Of a stretch of 54,780 nucleotides of DNA, positions 1 through 10,342 are shown piece after piece. The stretch is from a virus (taxonomy: Duplodnaviria > Caudoviricetes). Numbering within the stretch: position 1 is the stretch's first letter; each line of letters opens with the position of its first letter. The DNA is taken from positions 1-54,780 of IMG/VR virus record IMGVR_UViG_3300037307_000593. One strand, given 5' to 3'. The notes under the pieces are model-generated. The model saw only the letters and a list, made by a program, of their open reading frames with translations, was not told the origin of the DNA and did not search any database. A program made the position numbers and the translations under genes.

Positions 1-2162
1 TCGTTGGACGTGGCCCCGCCGAGGTTGTGGATCGCATCGCCCGCGAGCCACTGATTCGCCCCTGTGGTGTCCAGATCGCGCGTGACGCTGTAGGTGGTGT
101 AGAGCGTGGCGGGTATCAGGGCGGCGCCCACGGCCGCCCACGCGGTCGCCCCGCCCGTCACGGAGGTCGTCCACGCGCCCGCCGAGGTCACCGGCTCCGT
201 GACGCCGCAGCCGCGCATCGTGGTCGAATAGACAGCGGTATACCGCACGACCTCCGTATTGACGGCCGTACAGTTCGTCCCGCCCGTGCTGTTGGCGAAC
301 ACCGCCACGCCCACGTCCCCGATACTCAGGCCGGTGAAGTTGATCGCCATTGTCGCGGACGTGCCGGTCGCTGTGAGATAGGTCCGCAACGGCGTGCGTT
401 GGTCGATCCCACTCAGGACGAGGCTGCCGCCAACGACGCCTGCCGCCGCCGACAGATTGACGGTGATGGTGTTGCTCCCCTCTGGAGGGGCCACGAGATA
501 CCAGAGTTCGGCCCGTGCTGTCGTGCTGTTGGCGACCGCTGTCACGCGGGAGAGGTAGCGGGCCACGCCATCTGGGCCGGTGGTCGAGACGGTGGTCACC
601 GTTTGTCCGGCGTTCGGCACGAGCGAGACACCCACCAGCAGCAGGGTGTTCGTCGCGGCGGGCACGTTCTGGATCCATGTCGCTTGCGTGAACGACCCTG
701 GCGTGTCGGCCGTGGCACTCTGATAGGTCGCCGTGGCAAGGGTATCGACCCCCGCCCCCGCCACCCGCATGAACTCGACCTGTCCCCGCGCCTCTAGGTG
801 CAGCACATCGTTGAGCGCGAGATTGTTGTGCTTGGTCTGGATCGACGTGGCATCCGGTGCGACCGACGCGATGAGTTCGGTCGAGGGCGTCACCATCAGC
901 CACCCGCCGGTCGTGGCGATCTTCTCTCGGCTGATGAGCGTGTCGATGTTGAGTTCCGCCGCGTAGATCGACAGATACTTGGCGAAGGGCGACCCGAGGT
1001 TGTCGGTGTAATTCGACCCAGGCAGGACGAAGGTCGAGTCAGGGTCCGTGATGATATTTGCCGCAGGGGCCAATTCCAGATCGCCCAACTGCGTGGTGAT
1101 CTGCAATCCCGTCGTGCCGACCGCACTGGAGTTTGTGATGTTGCCCGCCCGCACGTCCAGCGTGCCTTGGATGTCGATGTTCTCGCCGATCAAGACATCG
1201 CCGCCGTTGTTGCTCCCGCCATTGATGATGCCGGTCGTGCCACGCACGTCGAAGTCGTTCATGACCGTCAGGCCATCCCCGACGTAGACCGCTCCGCCAT
1301 TGGCGGCCGTGCTGTTGGTGATGGTGCTCTGGAGGTCAAGGGGACCAGTGATCGTGACGCCCTCGGCGTCGTTGATGAGCACCTTGTAACTGTTGTTGCT
1401 GGTGCTGTTGGCGAGGGCGTTCTGGGCATCGATGGTGCCGGTAATGACCACCGCGTCGCCGAGTGTCAGAGGCGAGGCCGTCGTATTGGAGATCGTGCCG
1501 CGCACGTCCATCGCGCCACCGACATAGAGGGCGTTGCTGACCTGCACCCCGTCCGGATCGTTCAGAAAGATGGCCCCAGAGTTGTTGCTACTGGTGTTCT
1601 GAATGTAGTTCCGCAGGTCTGAAATATTGGTGACCGTGAACAGGTCATTGACGTAGACCGCCCCGCCGTTCGCGGCCCCGCTATTGGACACTGACCCAAG
1701 GAGATCAACGGCGCCCGTGACGCCCAACGCGTCATCCACGATGACCGTGGAGTTGTTGTTGAAGATGTTGCCGCGCAGGTCGGACGTGCCCGTGACGACC
1801 AGCGGGTCGTCAATGGTGACGGACCCGCCGCCATTGCTGAGCGTTCCCCGTAGGTCGAGGGTGTCGTAGAACAGGTAGCTCGCGCCGGTCCCGAGGCAGT
1901 CGAGCGTCAACTGCCCCGTGCCACTGACGGCGATGTCGCAGTAGTTCGACCCGTCGTCCCCGACACGGATCTCGACCGCTCCGGCGGGCACCGTCGTCGG
2001 CCCCAGTCGCAGCCGGTCGCCGGTCACGGTCTGCGTCTGCGCCGACAGGTCGCTCAAGCCGAAGGCGATGACGAACAGGATGACGAGGATGATGATGGTC
2101 ACGCCCCACCACCAGAGCGGGCACTCGGCGCACTCGCGGGGACGTGGACAGCGGTCAGACAT
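1..2162 (-). CDS. Tail fibre/adhesin-like beta-repeat protein with N-terminal hydrophobic signal/TM segment; 3' end runs off the window
   Basis: Absent from the ORF track because it has no stop in the window. Hand translation from ATG 2162 (overlapping the TGA of the upstream gene) gives MSDRCPRPRECAECPLWWWGVTIIILVILFVIAFGLSDLSAQTQTVTGDR... open to base 1. It has T/G/N/V-rich repeats of the type TG.xD(L/V)RG.I.N and lies downstream of tail genes. Confidence 0.75.
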   Translation of the reverse strand, partial: MSDRCPRPRECAECPLWWWGVTIIILVILFVIAFGLSDLSAQTQTVTGDRLRLGPTTVPAGAVEIRVGDDGSNYCDIAVSGTGQLTLDCLGTGASYLFYDTLDLRGTLSNGGGSVTIDDPLVVTGTSDLRGNIFNNNSTVIVDDALGVTGAVDLLGSVSNSGAANGGAVYVNDLFTVTNISDLRNYIQNTSSNNSGAIFLNDPDGVQVSNALYVGGAMDVRGTISNTTASPLTLGDAVVITGTIDAQNALANSTSNNSYKVLINDAEGVTITGPLDLQSTITNSTAANGGAVYVGDGLTVMNDFDVRGTTGIINGGSNNGGDVLIGENIDIQGTLDVRAGNITNSSAVGTTGLQITTQLGDLELAPAANIITDPDSTFVLPGSNYTDNLGSPFAKYLSIYAAELNIDTLISREKIATTGGWLMVTPSTELIASVAPDATSIQTKHNNLALNDVLHLEARGQVEFMRVAGAGVDTLATATYQSATADTPGSFTQATWIQNVPAATNTLLLVGVSLVPNAGQTVTTVSTTGPDGVARYLSRVTAVANSTTARAELWYLVAPPEGSNTITVNLSAAAGVVGGSLVLSGIDQRTPLRTYLTATGTSATMAINFTGLSIGDVGVAVFANSTGGTNCTAVNTEVVRYTAVYSTTMRGCGVTEPVTSAGAWTTSVTGGATAWAAVGAALIPATLYTTYSVTRDLDTTGANQWLAGDAIHNLGGATSN

Positions 2163-3714
2163 AGAGCACCCCTAGGGCATAGACGCCAGCGGTGGCGTTG
2201 CTGGGCTGCACGACCAGCCGATATTTCTTGACCCCTGTGACGAGCGTGATCGTGAACTGCTGCGGCGTGGTGGTCCAGTTGGTGTCCAGCGACGAGGCGG
2301 TGCCCGTGCCACAGACGGTGCCGCCATCGACCTCGATGATGCGCGGCGTCACCGTCGTGCCTGCGCTCTCCGTGCGGAGCCACACCCGCGCGGAGACCGT
2401 CAGCCCGCTGTATTTCGCGGAGTCAATGGTCACGTCCACGTAGCCAGGCACAGGCGTGTAGCTGCCGGAGTGTTGGACCGAGATGTGCCGCGACCCGCCC
2501 ATGTAGGCTTGGAAGTCAATCGACCCGCTGAAGGTGTAGTTGTAGGTGGCCCCACTGATGGACACGGTCGATTGATTCGTGCCGCTCACCATCGATTGCC
2601 ACTGGTCCACCCAGTTCTGCCCGCCCGTGAACGACGCCGGAATCTGGTTCCCGCCCAAGGCCTCCAGTTCGGTGAACCAACTGCCCGCGTCGTTGCCCGC
2701 AGTCTGCCGGACGGGGATGTGCTGGTAGCGCACGGCCTGAATCCCATATGTCTCGCTGGAGATGCCATGCTGCGGCATGTTGATCGTGCCGCGCTGTCCC
2801 GGGTGGAACCCGAGCAGGCGCGTGCGGCAGGTCACGACCTTCGGGAGCCACCCGTACCGTTCGATGGTCTTGAGGGCGAGCGCGTTGGCGTCTGCCGCCG
2901 TGGTGACCTCTGGGGCGTTGATGAACCGCATCCAGCGGTTGTAGTACCCCATCTGCGTCACGTCTTCTTGGGAGGTCCACGCGGGTCCTTTATAGAGGAC
3001 GAACACACTGTTGCAGTAGTCCGCAAACTCCTGCTTGACGGTGAAGTCGTTCAGGAGGTTGGTCGTCCCGAGGGTGACGCTTCCTGGGAACGGGCGATTG
3101 GTAGACGTGGGTTGGACGAACTGCAACTGCTTGCTGCTGTTGATGCTCCAGATCCATCCCGAGAGAATGGACAATTGGTTGAGGCAGTCGGTCACCGTCA
3201 CCCACTCGACGACGATGCGGTCGGTGAAGGTCGGGCCATCGAGTTGGGACGGGTGCAGCGTGATGTCGAAGTCGATGCCGCCCGTCTTGTTCAGCCACTC
3301 GTTCACGATGAACTGGGCAATCGCCTTGAGCGTCCAGTTCGCTCCGCCGTTCCCGCCAGGCGCCCACTCCACCGTCCCTGCCCCCGTGCCCGTCCAGCCA
3401 GGAATCGTCAGTGCCCGATCCGCATAGTGGTTGTTGTCCGTCGCGGTGACCGTGATGGCGAGGCCCTTGAACCAAGTGTTCGGCACCCGATCCGTGGAGG
3501 CGCGTTCTTCGATGCCGAGGATCGGCCCTGAGAAGTACGTCGTGCCGTCAATCGCGACGGTGATCTCGTGCATCGGGACGGGCCGCTGGGCGTCGATGCA
3601 ATAGATCTCCCCACGCAAGGTGGCGCGGGCGCCGAGACGCTCCTCGATGGTCAAGGCGCCCGCGTGCGCGAACGTAGACCGGTTGATCCCGTTGATGGTG
3701 ACGACGGTGGCCAT
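2155..3714 (-). CDS. Minor tail / baseplate hub-like protein
   Basis: 519 aa immediately after the tape measure gene; beta-rich, with motifs such as YCNSVFV and GFHPGQ typical of siphovirus tail hub proteins. Confidence 0.65.
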   Translation of the reverse strand: MATVVTINGINRSTFAHAGALTIEERLGARATLRGEIYCIDAQRPVPMHEITVAIDGTTYFSGPILGIEERASTDRVPNTWFKGLAITVTATDNNHYADRALTIPGWTGTGAGTVEWAPGGNGGANWTLKAIAQFIVNEWLNKTGGIDFDITLHPSQLDGPTFTDRIVVEWVTVTDCLNQLSILSGWIWSINSSKQLQFVQPTSTNRPFPGSVTLGTTNLLNDFTVKQEFADYCNSVFVLYKGPAWTSQEDVTQMGYYNRWMRFINAPEVTTAADANALALKTIERYGWLPKVVTCRTRLLGFHPGQRGTINMPQHGISSETYGIQAVRYQHIPVRQTAGNDAGSWFTELEALGGNQIPASFTGGQNWVDQWQSMVSGTNQSTVSISGATYNYTFSGSIDFQAYMGGSRHISVQHSGSYTPVPGYVDVTIDSAKYSGLTVSARVWLRTESAGTTVTPRIIEVDGGTVCGTGTASSLDTNWTTTPQQFTITLVTGVKKYRLVVQPSNATAGVYALGVLYV

Positions 3715-3715
3715 C

Positions 3716-6700
3716 TCAGGCGACGCCTCGTTGCTTCAGGACTTGCGGAATGCGCGAGGCGACGATGCGCGCGATTTCATACCCGTCGAGCGTCACGGGC
3801 ACTTCGATGACAATCGGCGGGGCATCCGTCCCACTGGCGACGCCGGCGCCCACCGCCCCAGATTGCGCGGCGACCTGCGAGAGGAGATGCTCCAGCCCAG
3901 GCTGCGTGAACACGGCTTCTTTCCCGTGCAGCGTTACGTTGCGGCCACGGCCGAAGTCCACAAACCCACGCGTGCCACGCGCGTAGCCCTCGGGGTACTC
4001 GTAGTCCACGCCGCCTTGTCCGGCGAAGGAATCCGCCGTGGTCTGGTCGTGCCGACTCTCAGGCGGCACGTAGGTGACGGGCACCGTCAGGGCGGGCGCC
4101 TCCAAGGCATCGAGCGCCTGCTGGATGCGCTCGATGGCACGCAAGGTCCACCGATCCTCAAACGCGATCTCCAGATCCTCCGGCGACTTGATCCCCACGA
4201 GGGCCTTCTTGACGCGGTCGATGGCGTCCCGCGCCGTCTTGTCCTCCACGGTCACGTTGAGGTCTGGACTCTGTAGGGTCGCCAACACCCGCGAGAGGTC
4301 ATCCACGACGACCTCGGCCTGTGTGCTGCTCAGGCCAATCTCCGTGGGCTGCGTCAGGTCCGCGAGCATCGCCTGCAGCTTCTGAAGCAGCGTGCGCGGC
4401 TGGTCCGTGTTCGCCGCAATCGTGACCGGCGGGACGGTGCCGAGGGCCTCGTCCAGATACGTCTTCAAGTCAGCGATCTGCGCCTCGCCATCGGCCGTCT
4501 CGACGACGAGTTCCCATGGCGCCGCATTGGCGAGCGCACGGCGGGCGTCGTCGAGGTCGCGTTCGGCCCGCGCCGTGTCGGCCTCGACGGGCAGCACCAC
4601 CGGCACATCGGCGAGGTCACGCACCGTCGTCAGGGCCTCTTCCATCGCGAGTGTCCCGTCCTCAATGGCCGTCATGTCCATCTGGAGGGCGAGCGGGGGC
4701 ACCTCATCGAGCGCATCGGTCAGGTCACGGATCCGGTCCCAGAACGGCGTGTCGTCGGCATCCACGGCCAGTTCGGGCGACCGCATCTGCCGCAGCGCCT
4801 CGTTGACCCGTTCCAAGGCGCGTTCGGCGCGGGTCGTCTCGACGGTCAGGGGCGGCGTCTCAGTCAGGGCCGCGAGCATGTCGCGCAGGCGGACGAAGAC
4901 GGCCTGTGGTTGCTGCTCATCGACCTGCAAACTCAGGTCGGGGACATCGATGCCCAGCCTCCGGATGCTCGCCTGCAAGGCCGCAATCCGGTCCTGCGCC
5001 TCGTCGGCATCGATGCGCAACGCCACGCCATCCTTCAGCGCCAACAGGCCGTCCTTGAGTCGCGCAAGCACGTCTCCTGTGCCACCCTCGTTGACCGCGA
5101 CGGTCAATTCAGGGGGATGCGCGAGCGCGTCCTGCAGCCACTGCCCGATGGTCTCCAGTTTCTTCCGGCCCTCCTCCGTGTTGACATCGAAGGGCACGGC
5201 AGGCAGCCGTGACAAGGCCGCCGTGGCGTTCGTGATGTCCGAGACGGCTTGTGCCGTCTCCGCCTGCACGTCGAGGGTGATCGACGCGGTATGGACCTTC
5301 GCGAGTTGGGCCGTCGCCTCCCGCACATCCGTCTCGACCGGCACGATGACGGGGGGCGTCGCGTACAGCGCATCGATAGCTTGAGTCGCCGAGGTCGTGG
5401 CGGCCTGCACCGAGACGGTCAGTGGCGCTTGGGCATAGTCCGTCTGCATCTGCGTGACGGTCCGCTGGGCTTGCGAGACATCCGCATCGACCGGCACCCG
5501 CAGGTTTGGCGGGGTCACGCTGTTGAGCGCCGCCTGCACGCCGCGTGCGCCCGTTTCGGCGGCCGCAGGGAGCGTGCCGCCCAGCAGGACCACCATCTGG
5601 CCCAGCCGCTCGTTCATCTGGTCGAGCGCCTGAATCATCCGGTCTTGCGAGGAGCGGAACTGGTCGCCGACCGTGCCGGCGGCCTCGGCCTGATCAAGGA
5701 GTGACTGGGTGGTCTCATCGAGGGCATAGCCGAAATCGGTGGCCAACTCCCAGAGTTTCTGGAGTTGCGGCCCCATCATCCGCAGGGCGTCCTCGGCCGC
5801 GACGCCTTGCCCCGTCAGCGTGGAGAAGGCATCGGTGACGAGTGTCCCGAGGGCGGCGAAGGAGTCCTGCGTGAGGAGGGCCGAGTTGTGCAGGCCCACG
5901 AGCATGTCATCGACCCCAGACAGGGTCTCAAACAACTCCTTGTTCCCGCCCACGATGCTGCGCCAGCCCATCATCTGCCCGAGGAAGCCTTCAGCCTGCA
6001 ACCCCGAGGCCTTGAGCATGTCCTCGATGCCGCTCAAGCCCGGTTCGATGGCTGCGAGAGCCTCGACGACGCTGCTGCCCTTGGCGAGCATGGCCCCGAA
6101 GGCGGCCCCTGCGAGCGGGCCAATGAGCTTCAACCGGTCGCCGATCTTGGACAGCAACTCGGTGATGGCGGTGGGCGACTTGCCTGCGGCAATCAGCGCC
6201 TGTTCCAGATCCTTGAGCGTGCCCTTGCCCGCCTTGGCGATCTCGCTGATGGTCTCGGCAAACGGCTTGCCTTCCTTTGCGCCCGCGACGAGGATGTCGC
6301 GCAGTTCCTTGAACGCGAAGGTGGACCCGCCGACGTTGCGCGTGATCTCCTGCCAGCCGCTCTGCCCGATGGACGTGATGAGGTAGAACTTCTCGACGAC
6401 GTCGGCCCCCGCCACGTCGAGGTCGCCCATGGCGGCGGCCATCGCCTTGACCTGATCAGACGAGAAGGCGTAGAGCGCGTTCTGTCCGATCTTGTTGAAC
6501 CCCGTCGCGACCTTATCGACCATCGACTGCAGGAACTGCCACTTGGCCTCGTCTACCCCCTCGCCCTTGATGGACGTGAACGCCTGCTGCATCGACCGCG
6601 ACATCAACCCGCCAGTATCGGACAGCGCAGAGAGCTTGGTCTTGAACTCGTCGGCCTTCTTCTTGGCCTCTTCCAGCGCCTTCGTGATGTTCTCGATCTC

Positions 6701-9700
6701 TTTCTGGACGACCTTGCTTTTCTTTGTCGAGAGCAACCGTTCTACTGAGATCCCTGCATCGGCCGCCGCTTTCTTCAGCGCCTCCAGCCCTCCCACTTGT
6801 TGGAGGAACTGGTCGCGCATCTGCTTGGCCTTCTTGGCGTCTGCCCCCGTCAGCCAACCGAAGATCTTGTCGGACAACATGCCCACCACTGGGCCGAGGG
6901 CTGCGCCGATGCCTGGGAGCATCGCGGCGAACGCTCCGGCGATGTTGCTGCCGAACGCATTCATCACGCCGGTGGCCATCTTTTGTCCTATACCGGTCGG
7001 CCCGCTCAGGAGCTTCTCTCCGATGCTTGAGAACAAGCTCGTCATCGACCCCTTCAAGGCGCCGACGATTCCACCTCCCCCCGTGAAGGCGGCGACAAAG
7101 CTGTTGGTCAGGCCCATCAATGATGTCTTGGCGATGTTGCCCCATGTCAGCCAGTCGTCCGACATTTCGCGCAAGGCATTGGCGTGGTCCTGTTGCAGTT
7201 GATCGATTTCGTGCCCAGCTTCAGCAAGGAATCTGAGAGCGAAGTCTGAGGTATCGAGTCCTATTCCGATCTTGCCGAGATTAGCCAATTGGGCCGAGAG
7301 GCGCTGCCGGATCTGATAGATCTCCATCTCCAGCGGCGTCATCGACCGACGCAATCTCCTTTGTGCCGTCTCTCCCAAGTCAGTAAACGCCGTCGTGATC
7401 GCAGCGTTCATCTGGTCGCGCTTGCCCTCAAGGCCTTTGGCGATCACATCGAACTGTTGATCGAGGGCCTCGGCGGCATCCTTGCCAAAGTCCTTCACCG
7501 CTTGCTGGGCCACGGCGGCTTGGAACAACTGCCGGAACCCCTCGGTCATGGGGATCTTGGCGGCCGAGAGCTTCTCCCCGAGGTCGATGATGGCCTTGCC
7601 GTACTCGTCGATGTAAGCCTTGATGTTGGGCGGACCGACGTCGGCGCCACGCATCGACATCGTGGTCATCTTGGCCATGCTCGCGGTGAGCTTCTGGACC
7701 TCCTTGTCTTGGTCGCTCAACGCTGCCTTGGTGGTCTGCAGTTCTTGCTGCAGCAACCGCGCGGCCCGAATGTCCAGTTCGTAGTAGTTGGCAAGGTCTT
7801 CCAGATTGGCCCCAGAGACCCCCATCTCCTTGATGTCACGGACCATGGCCGAGAAGTCGGCGGTCTGCTTGAACTCAGCCAAGGCCGCCCGCGCGTACTC
7901 GACCTGTTCCCGAAACTTCCGTGCGCCCCCTTGGGCCTCGACGCTCTGAGTGATGAACGTCAGCAGGGCCTTGTCCCCTTCGGGGATCAACTCGCCACGG
8001 CCGATGCGCTGGGCGTAGAGGCGGCTCAACTCCTGCCGGAGCTTGTACAGGTCGCCCTCGGTCTGGGCGATGGCCTGTTGGGCCTCCTTGGAGATGACGG
8101 GCGCGGCAAAGGGCGTGGCCTGTGGCATTCCCGCCGCAGGAGGCACCGATGGCATTCCACCGGCGGCGCGCAGCGCGATGTTGCGCTCCAGTTCGTCGTT
8201 GTACTTCCGCGCCGACTCGATGTTCTTGCGCTGTTGGGCCTCGACCTCGGAGAGCGCGCGCATGACGCGCTCTTTCAGATTGGAGGCATACTCGCCGAGC
8301 TTGTCACTCCAGCGTTGCAGCCATGGGAAGTTCTCGGCGAGTTGTTGCCCGAATCCTTCCAAGACGTCCTTGGTAGTCTGAATCGCGTTCTTGACTTCCA
8401 GCCAGATGCCACGGAAGCCTTCGCCGAAGGCCGCCGCGTAGTTCTTCACGATGCCGATGGCACTATCGGTGGCATTGGCCCAGTCGAGCATCGCCTTGAC
8501 GGCGAGGCCGATGCCGAGGGTCACCGCCGCCCACGGGTTGAGGAAGACGGCCAAGGCGCGGCCGACGACCCCCAGCAGCCCGCCCACGGCCGTCAGTTCC
8601 CCAATCAGGGCGCGGAGCATCGTGCCGCGCGTCAGCGGCGCATTGAGGATGGCCGCGATGCGTGCCCATGCCGCGCCGAGGCCGGTCAGGAGGCGCGACA
8701 CGATGGGGATGTTCGCCGCGAGATCCTTCAGGTAGGTGACGAGCCACGCCGACCCGCGTACGGTGGCGGGAATGGTGGCGGCGCTCATCGCCAACCGCAG
8801 GGCGCTCAACTGGGAGATCAGGCCGGCGGCAAACTGCGTCCCCGCGAGTAGCAGATAGGCCTGCCGCAAGGTCTGGACGGCCTTGGTCATCACCACGATG
8901 CCCAACAGAACCGGCCCGCTGACGGCGAAGGCCGCCAAGGCGACCTGCAGGAACGTCTTTACTGGGCCAGGCAGGGCGTTGACCGCGTGGACCACGTCGG
9001 CGATCAGGCCGACGAACGAGGTCAAGGCGCTGACGATCTGGTTCAGCCCCGGCAGGAGCATCGACCCGAAGATCTCGGCGAGTTCGGCCACCGTCGCCTT
9101 GAGCCGCTGCCACTGGAACGCCGTCGTCTCGGCCGTGCGGGCGAACCCCTCGCCCATCTGCCCGTGGTACTCGCCCATGCGCCGCAGGACATCGGTGTAG
9201 CCTTCGGCGTTGGTCCCTGCGGTCGCGAGGAAGCCCGCCAAGGCGCGGACGTTCGGGACGGCATCCCCGAGGCGCTCGACTTTCCCTGCTTGGTCAAACG
9301 TGTCGTACAGGGTGGTGAGGGCGGCGAGCAGCCCCTTCTCCTTGATGATGGCGCGCAGTTGGTCGGCCGAGAGGCCGACCTCGGCAAGGGTCTTGGCCGA
9401 CTGCCGACTGTTATGCATCAACAGGGAGAGCACGCCGCGCAGGGAGGTCACGGCCTCGGCCGCGTTGACGCCTTGGCGGGAGAAGGCGGCGACGAAGGCG
9501 CCCACCTCTTGGAACGACACGCCCATGGTCGCGGCAATGGCCATGACGCGGCCGAAGGTGCCCGCGACTTCCGAGGCGACGAGGTTGCCTTCACGGACGG
9601 TCCCGACTAGCACCTCGGTGGCTTGCGTGGCCGTCATGCCGGACTTGCCCCACGCCTCCATCGCGGCGACCACCGTGCGGGAGATCGTGCTGACCTCGCC

Positions 9701-10342
9701 CAGCCCGATGGCGGAGGCTTGGGCCGCCGCCTTGAGCACTTCCAGCGACTCCGCCCCGCGCAGGCCCGCGCCGGTGACGAAGTAGAGGCCCTCGGCGAGC
9801 TTGGCAGGGCCGACGCCCACATCGCGGGCCATGCCCCGCACCGAGTCTTTCCATGACTCGACGGTCTCGCGACTGACGCCCACCAAGGTCTCGATGCGCG
9901 TCATGTTCGTTTCAAAGGCCATCGCCGCCTGCGTCGAGGCCAGCGCGGCCATGGCAAACGGCACGGTGATGCCTGCCGTGAGAGCCACGCCGACGCCGGC
10001 CATCTGTTTCTGGACCTGCGAGAGGTTCAGGGCAGAGGCGATGGCACTGACGGAGGCGACGACGCGGGAGGCTTGCGGCGCCACCACGTTGGCCATGGAG
10101 GTGGCCGACTGGCCGATGGCGCGGAAGGAGGCGGTCGTCGCGGAGGCGGCCCCCGCGACATTGGTCCCGGCCGCTTTGGCCGAGGCAGCGACGTTATTGA
10201 GCGAAGACTGGGCCGTCTTGGCGGACGGCCCGAGGTTCGCCAACATCCGGTCGAGATCTTTGAGCGCCGCGACGTTCTTCTCGATGACCGCGGACATCTC
10301 GTCCCGCAGCCTGAGCAAGCCTTCTACAGTCGCGACATTCAT
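3716..10342 (-). CDS. Tape measure protein (TP901-like core)
   Basis: 2208 aa, Ala/Leu-rich and helical; N-terminal LRLRDEMS, AMAFETNMTRI...LAEGLYFV..AG core, hydrophobic central region; follows tail chaperone genes. Confidence 0.93.
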   Translation of the reverse strand: MNVATVEGLLRLRDEMSAVIEKNVAALKDLDRMLANLGPSAKTAQSSLNNVAASAKAAGTNVAGAASATTASFRAIGQSATSMANVVAPQASRVVASVSAIASALNLSQVQKQMAGVGVALTAGITVPFAMAALASTQAAMAFETNMTRIETLVGVSRETVESWKDSVRGMARDVGVGPAKLAEGLYFVTGAGLRGAESLEVLKAAAQASAIGLGEVSTISRTVVAAMEAWGKSGMTATQATEVLVGTVREGNLVASEVAGTFGRVMAIAATMGVSFQEVGAFVAAFSRQGVNAAEAVTSLRGVLSLLMHNSRQSAKTLAEVGLSADQLRAIIKEKGLLAALTTLYDTFDQAGKVERLGDAVPNVRALAGFLATAGTNAEGYTDVLRRMGEYHGQMGEGFARTAETTAFQWQRLKATVAELAEIFGSMLLPGLNQIVSALTSFVGLIADVVHAVNALPGPVKTFLQVALAAFAVSGPVLLGIVVMTKAVQTLRQAYLLLAGTQFAAGLISQLSALRLAMSAATIPATVRGSAWLVTYLKDLAANIPIVSRLLTGLGAAWARIAAILNAPLTRGTMLRALIGELTAVGGLLGVVGRALAVFLNPWAAVTLGIGLAVKAMLDWANATDSAIGIVKNYAAAFGEGFRGIWLEVKNAIQTTKDVLEGFGQQLAENFPWLQRWSDKLGEYASNLKERVMRALSEVEAQQRKNIESARKYNDELERNIALRAAGGMPSVPPAAGMPQATPFAAPVISKEAQQAIAQTEGDLYKLRQELSRLYAQRIGRGELIPEGDKALLTFITQSVEAQGGARKFREQVEYARAALAEFKQTADFSAMVRDIKEMGVSGANLEDLANYYELDIRAARLLQQELQTTKAALSDQDKEVQKLTASMAKMTTMSMRGADVGPPNIKAYIDEYGKAIIDLGEKLSAAKIPMTEGFRQLFQAAVAQQAVKDFGKDAAEALDQQFDVIAKGLEGKRDQMNAAITTAFTDLGETAQRRLRRSMTPLEMEIYQIRQRLSAQLANLGKIGIGLDTSDFALRFLAEAGHEIDQLQQDHANALREMSDDWLTWGNIAKTSLMGLTNSFVAAFTGGGGIVGALKGSMTSLFSSIGEKLLSGPTGIGQKMATGVMNAFGSNIAGAFAAMLPGIGAALGPVVGMLSDKIFGWLTGADAKKAKQMRDQFLQQVGGLEALKKAAADAGISVERLLSTKKSKVVQKEIENITKALEEAKKKADEFKTKLSALSDTGGLMSRSMQQAFTSIKGEGVDEAKWQFLQSMVDKVATGFNKIGQNALYAFSSDQVKAMAAAMGDLDVAGADVVEKFYLITSIGQSGWQEITRNVGGSTFAFKELRDILVAGAKEGKPFAETISEIAKAGKGTLKDLEQALIAAGKSPTAITELLSKIGDRLKLIGPLAGAAFGAMLAKGSSVVEALAAIEPGLSGIEDMLKASGLQAEGFLGQMMGWRSIVGGNKELFETLSGVDDMLVGLHNSALLTQDSFAALGTLVTDAFSTLTGQGVAAEDALRMMGPQLQKLWELATDFGYALDETTQSLLDQAEAAGTVGDQFRSSQDRMIQALDQMNERLGQMVVLLGGTLPAAAETGARGVQAALNSVTPPNLRVPVDADVSQAQRTVTQMQTDYAQAPLTVSVQAATTSATQAIDALYATPPVIVPVETDVREATAQLAKVHTASITLDVQAETAQAVSDITNATAALSRLPAVPFDVNTEEGRKKLETIGQWLQDALAHPPELTVAVNEGGTGDVLARLKDGLLALKDGVALRIDADEAQDRIAALQASIRRLGIDVPDLSLQVDEQQPQAVFVRLRDMLAALTETPPLTVETTRAERALERVNEALRQMRSPELAVDADDTPFWDRIRDLTDALDEVPPLALQMDMTAIEDGTLAMEEALTTVRDLADVPVVLPVEADTARAERDLDDARRALANAAPWELVVETADGEAQIADLKTYLDEALGTVPPVTIAANTDQPRTLLQKLQAMLADLTQPTEIGLSSTQAEVVVDDLSRVLATLQSPDLNVTVEDKTARDAIDRVKKALVGIKSPEDLEIAFEDRWTLRAIERIQQALDALEAPALTVPVTYVPPESRHDQTTADSFAGQGGVDYEYPEGYARGTRGFVDFGRGRNVTLHGKEAVFTQPGLEHLLSQVAAQSGAVGAGVASGTDAPPIVIEVPVTLDGYEIARIVASRIPQVLKQRGVA

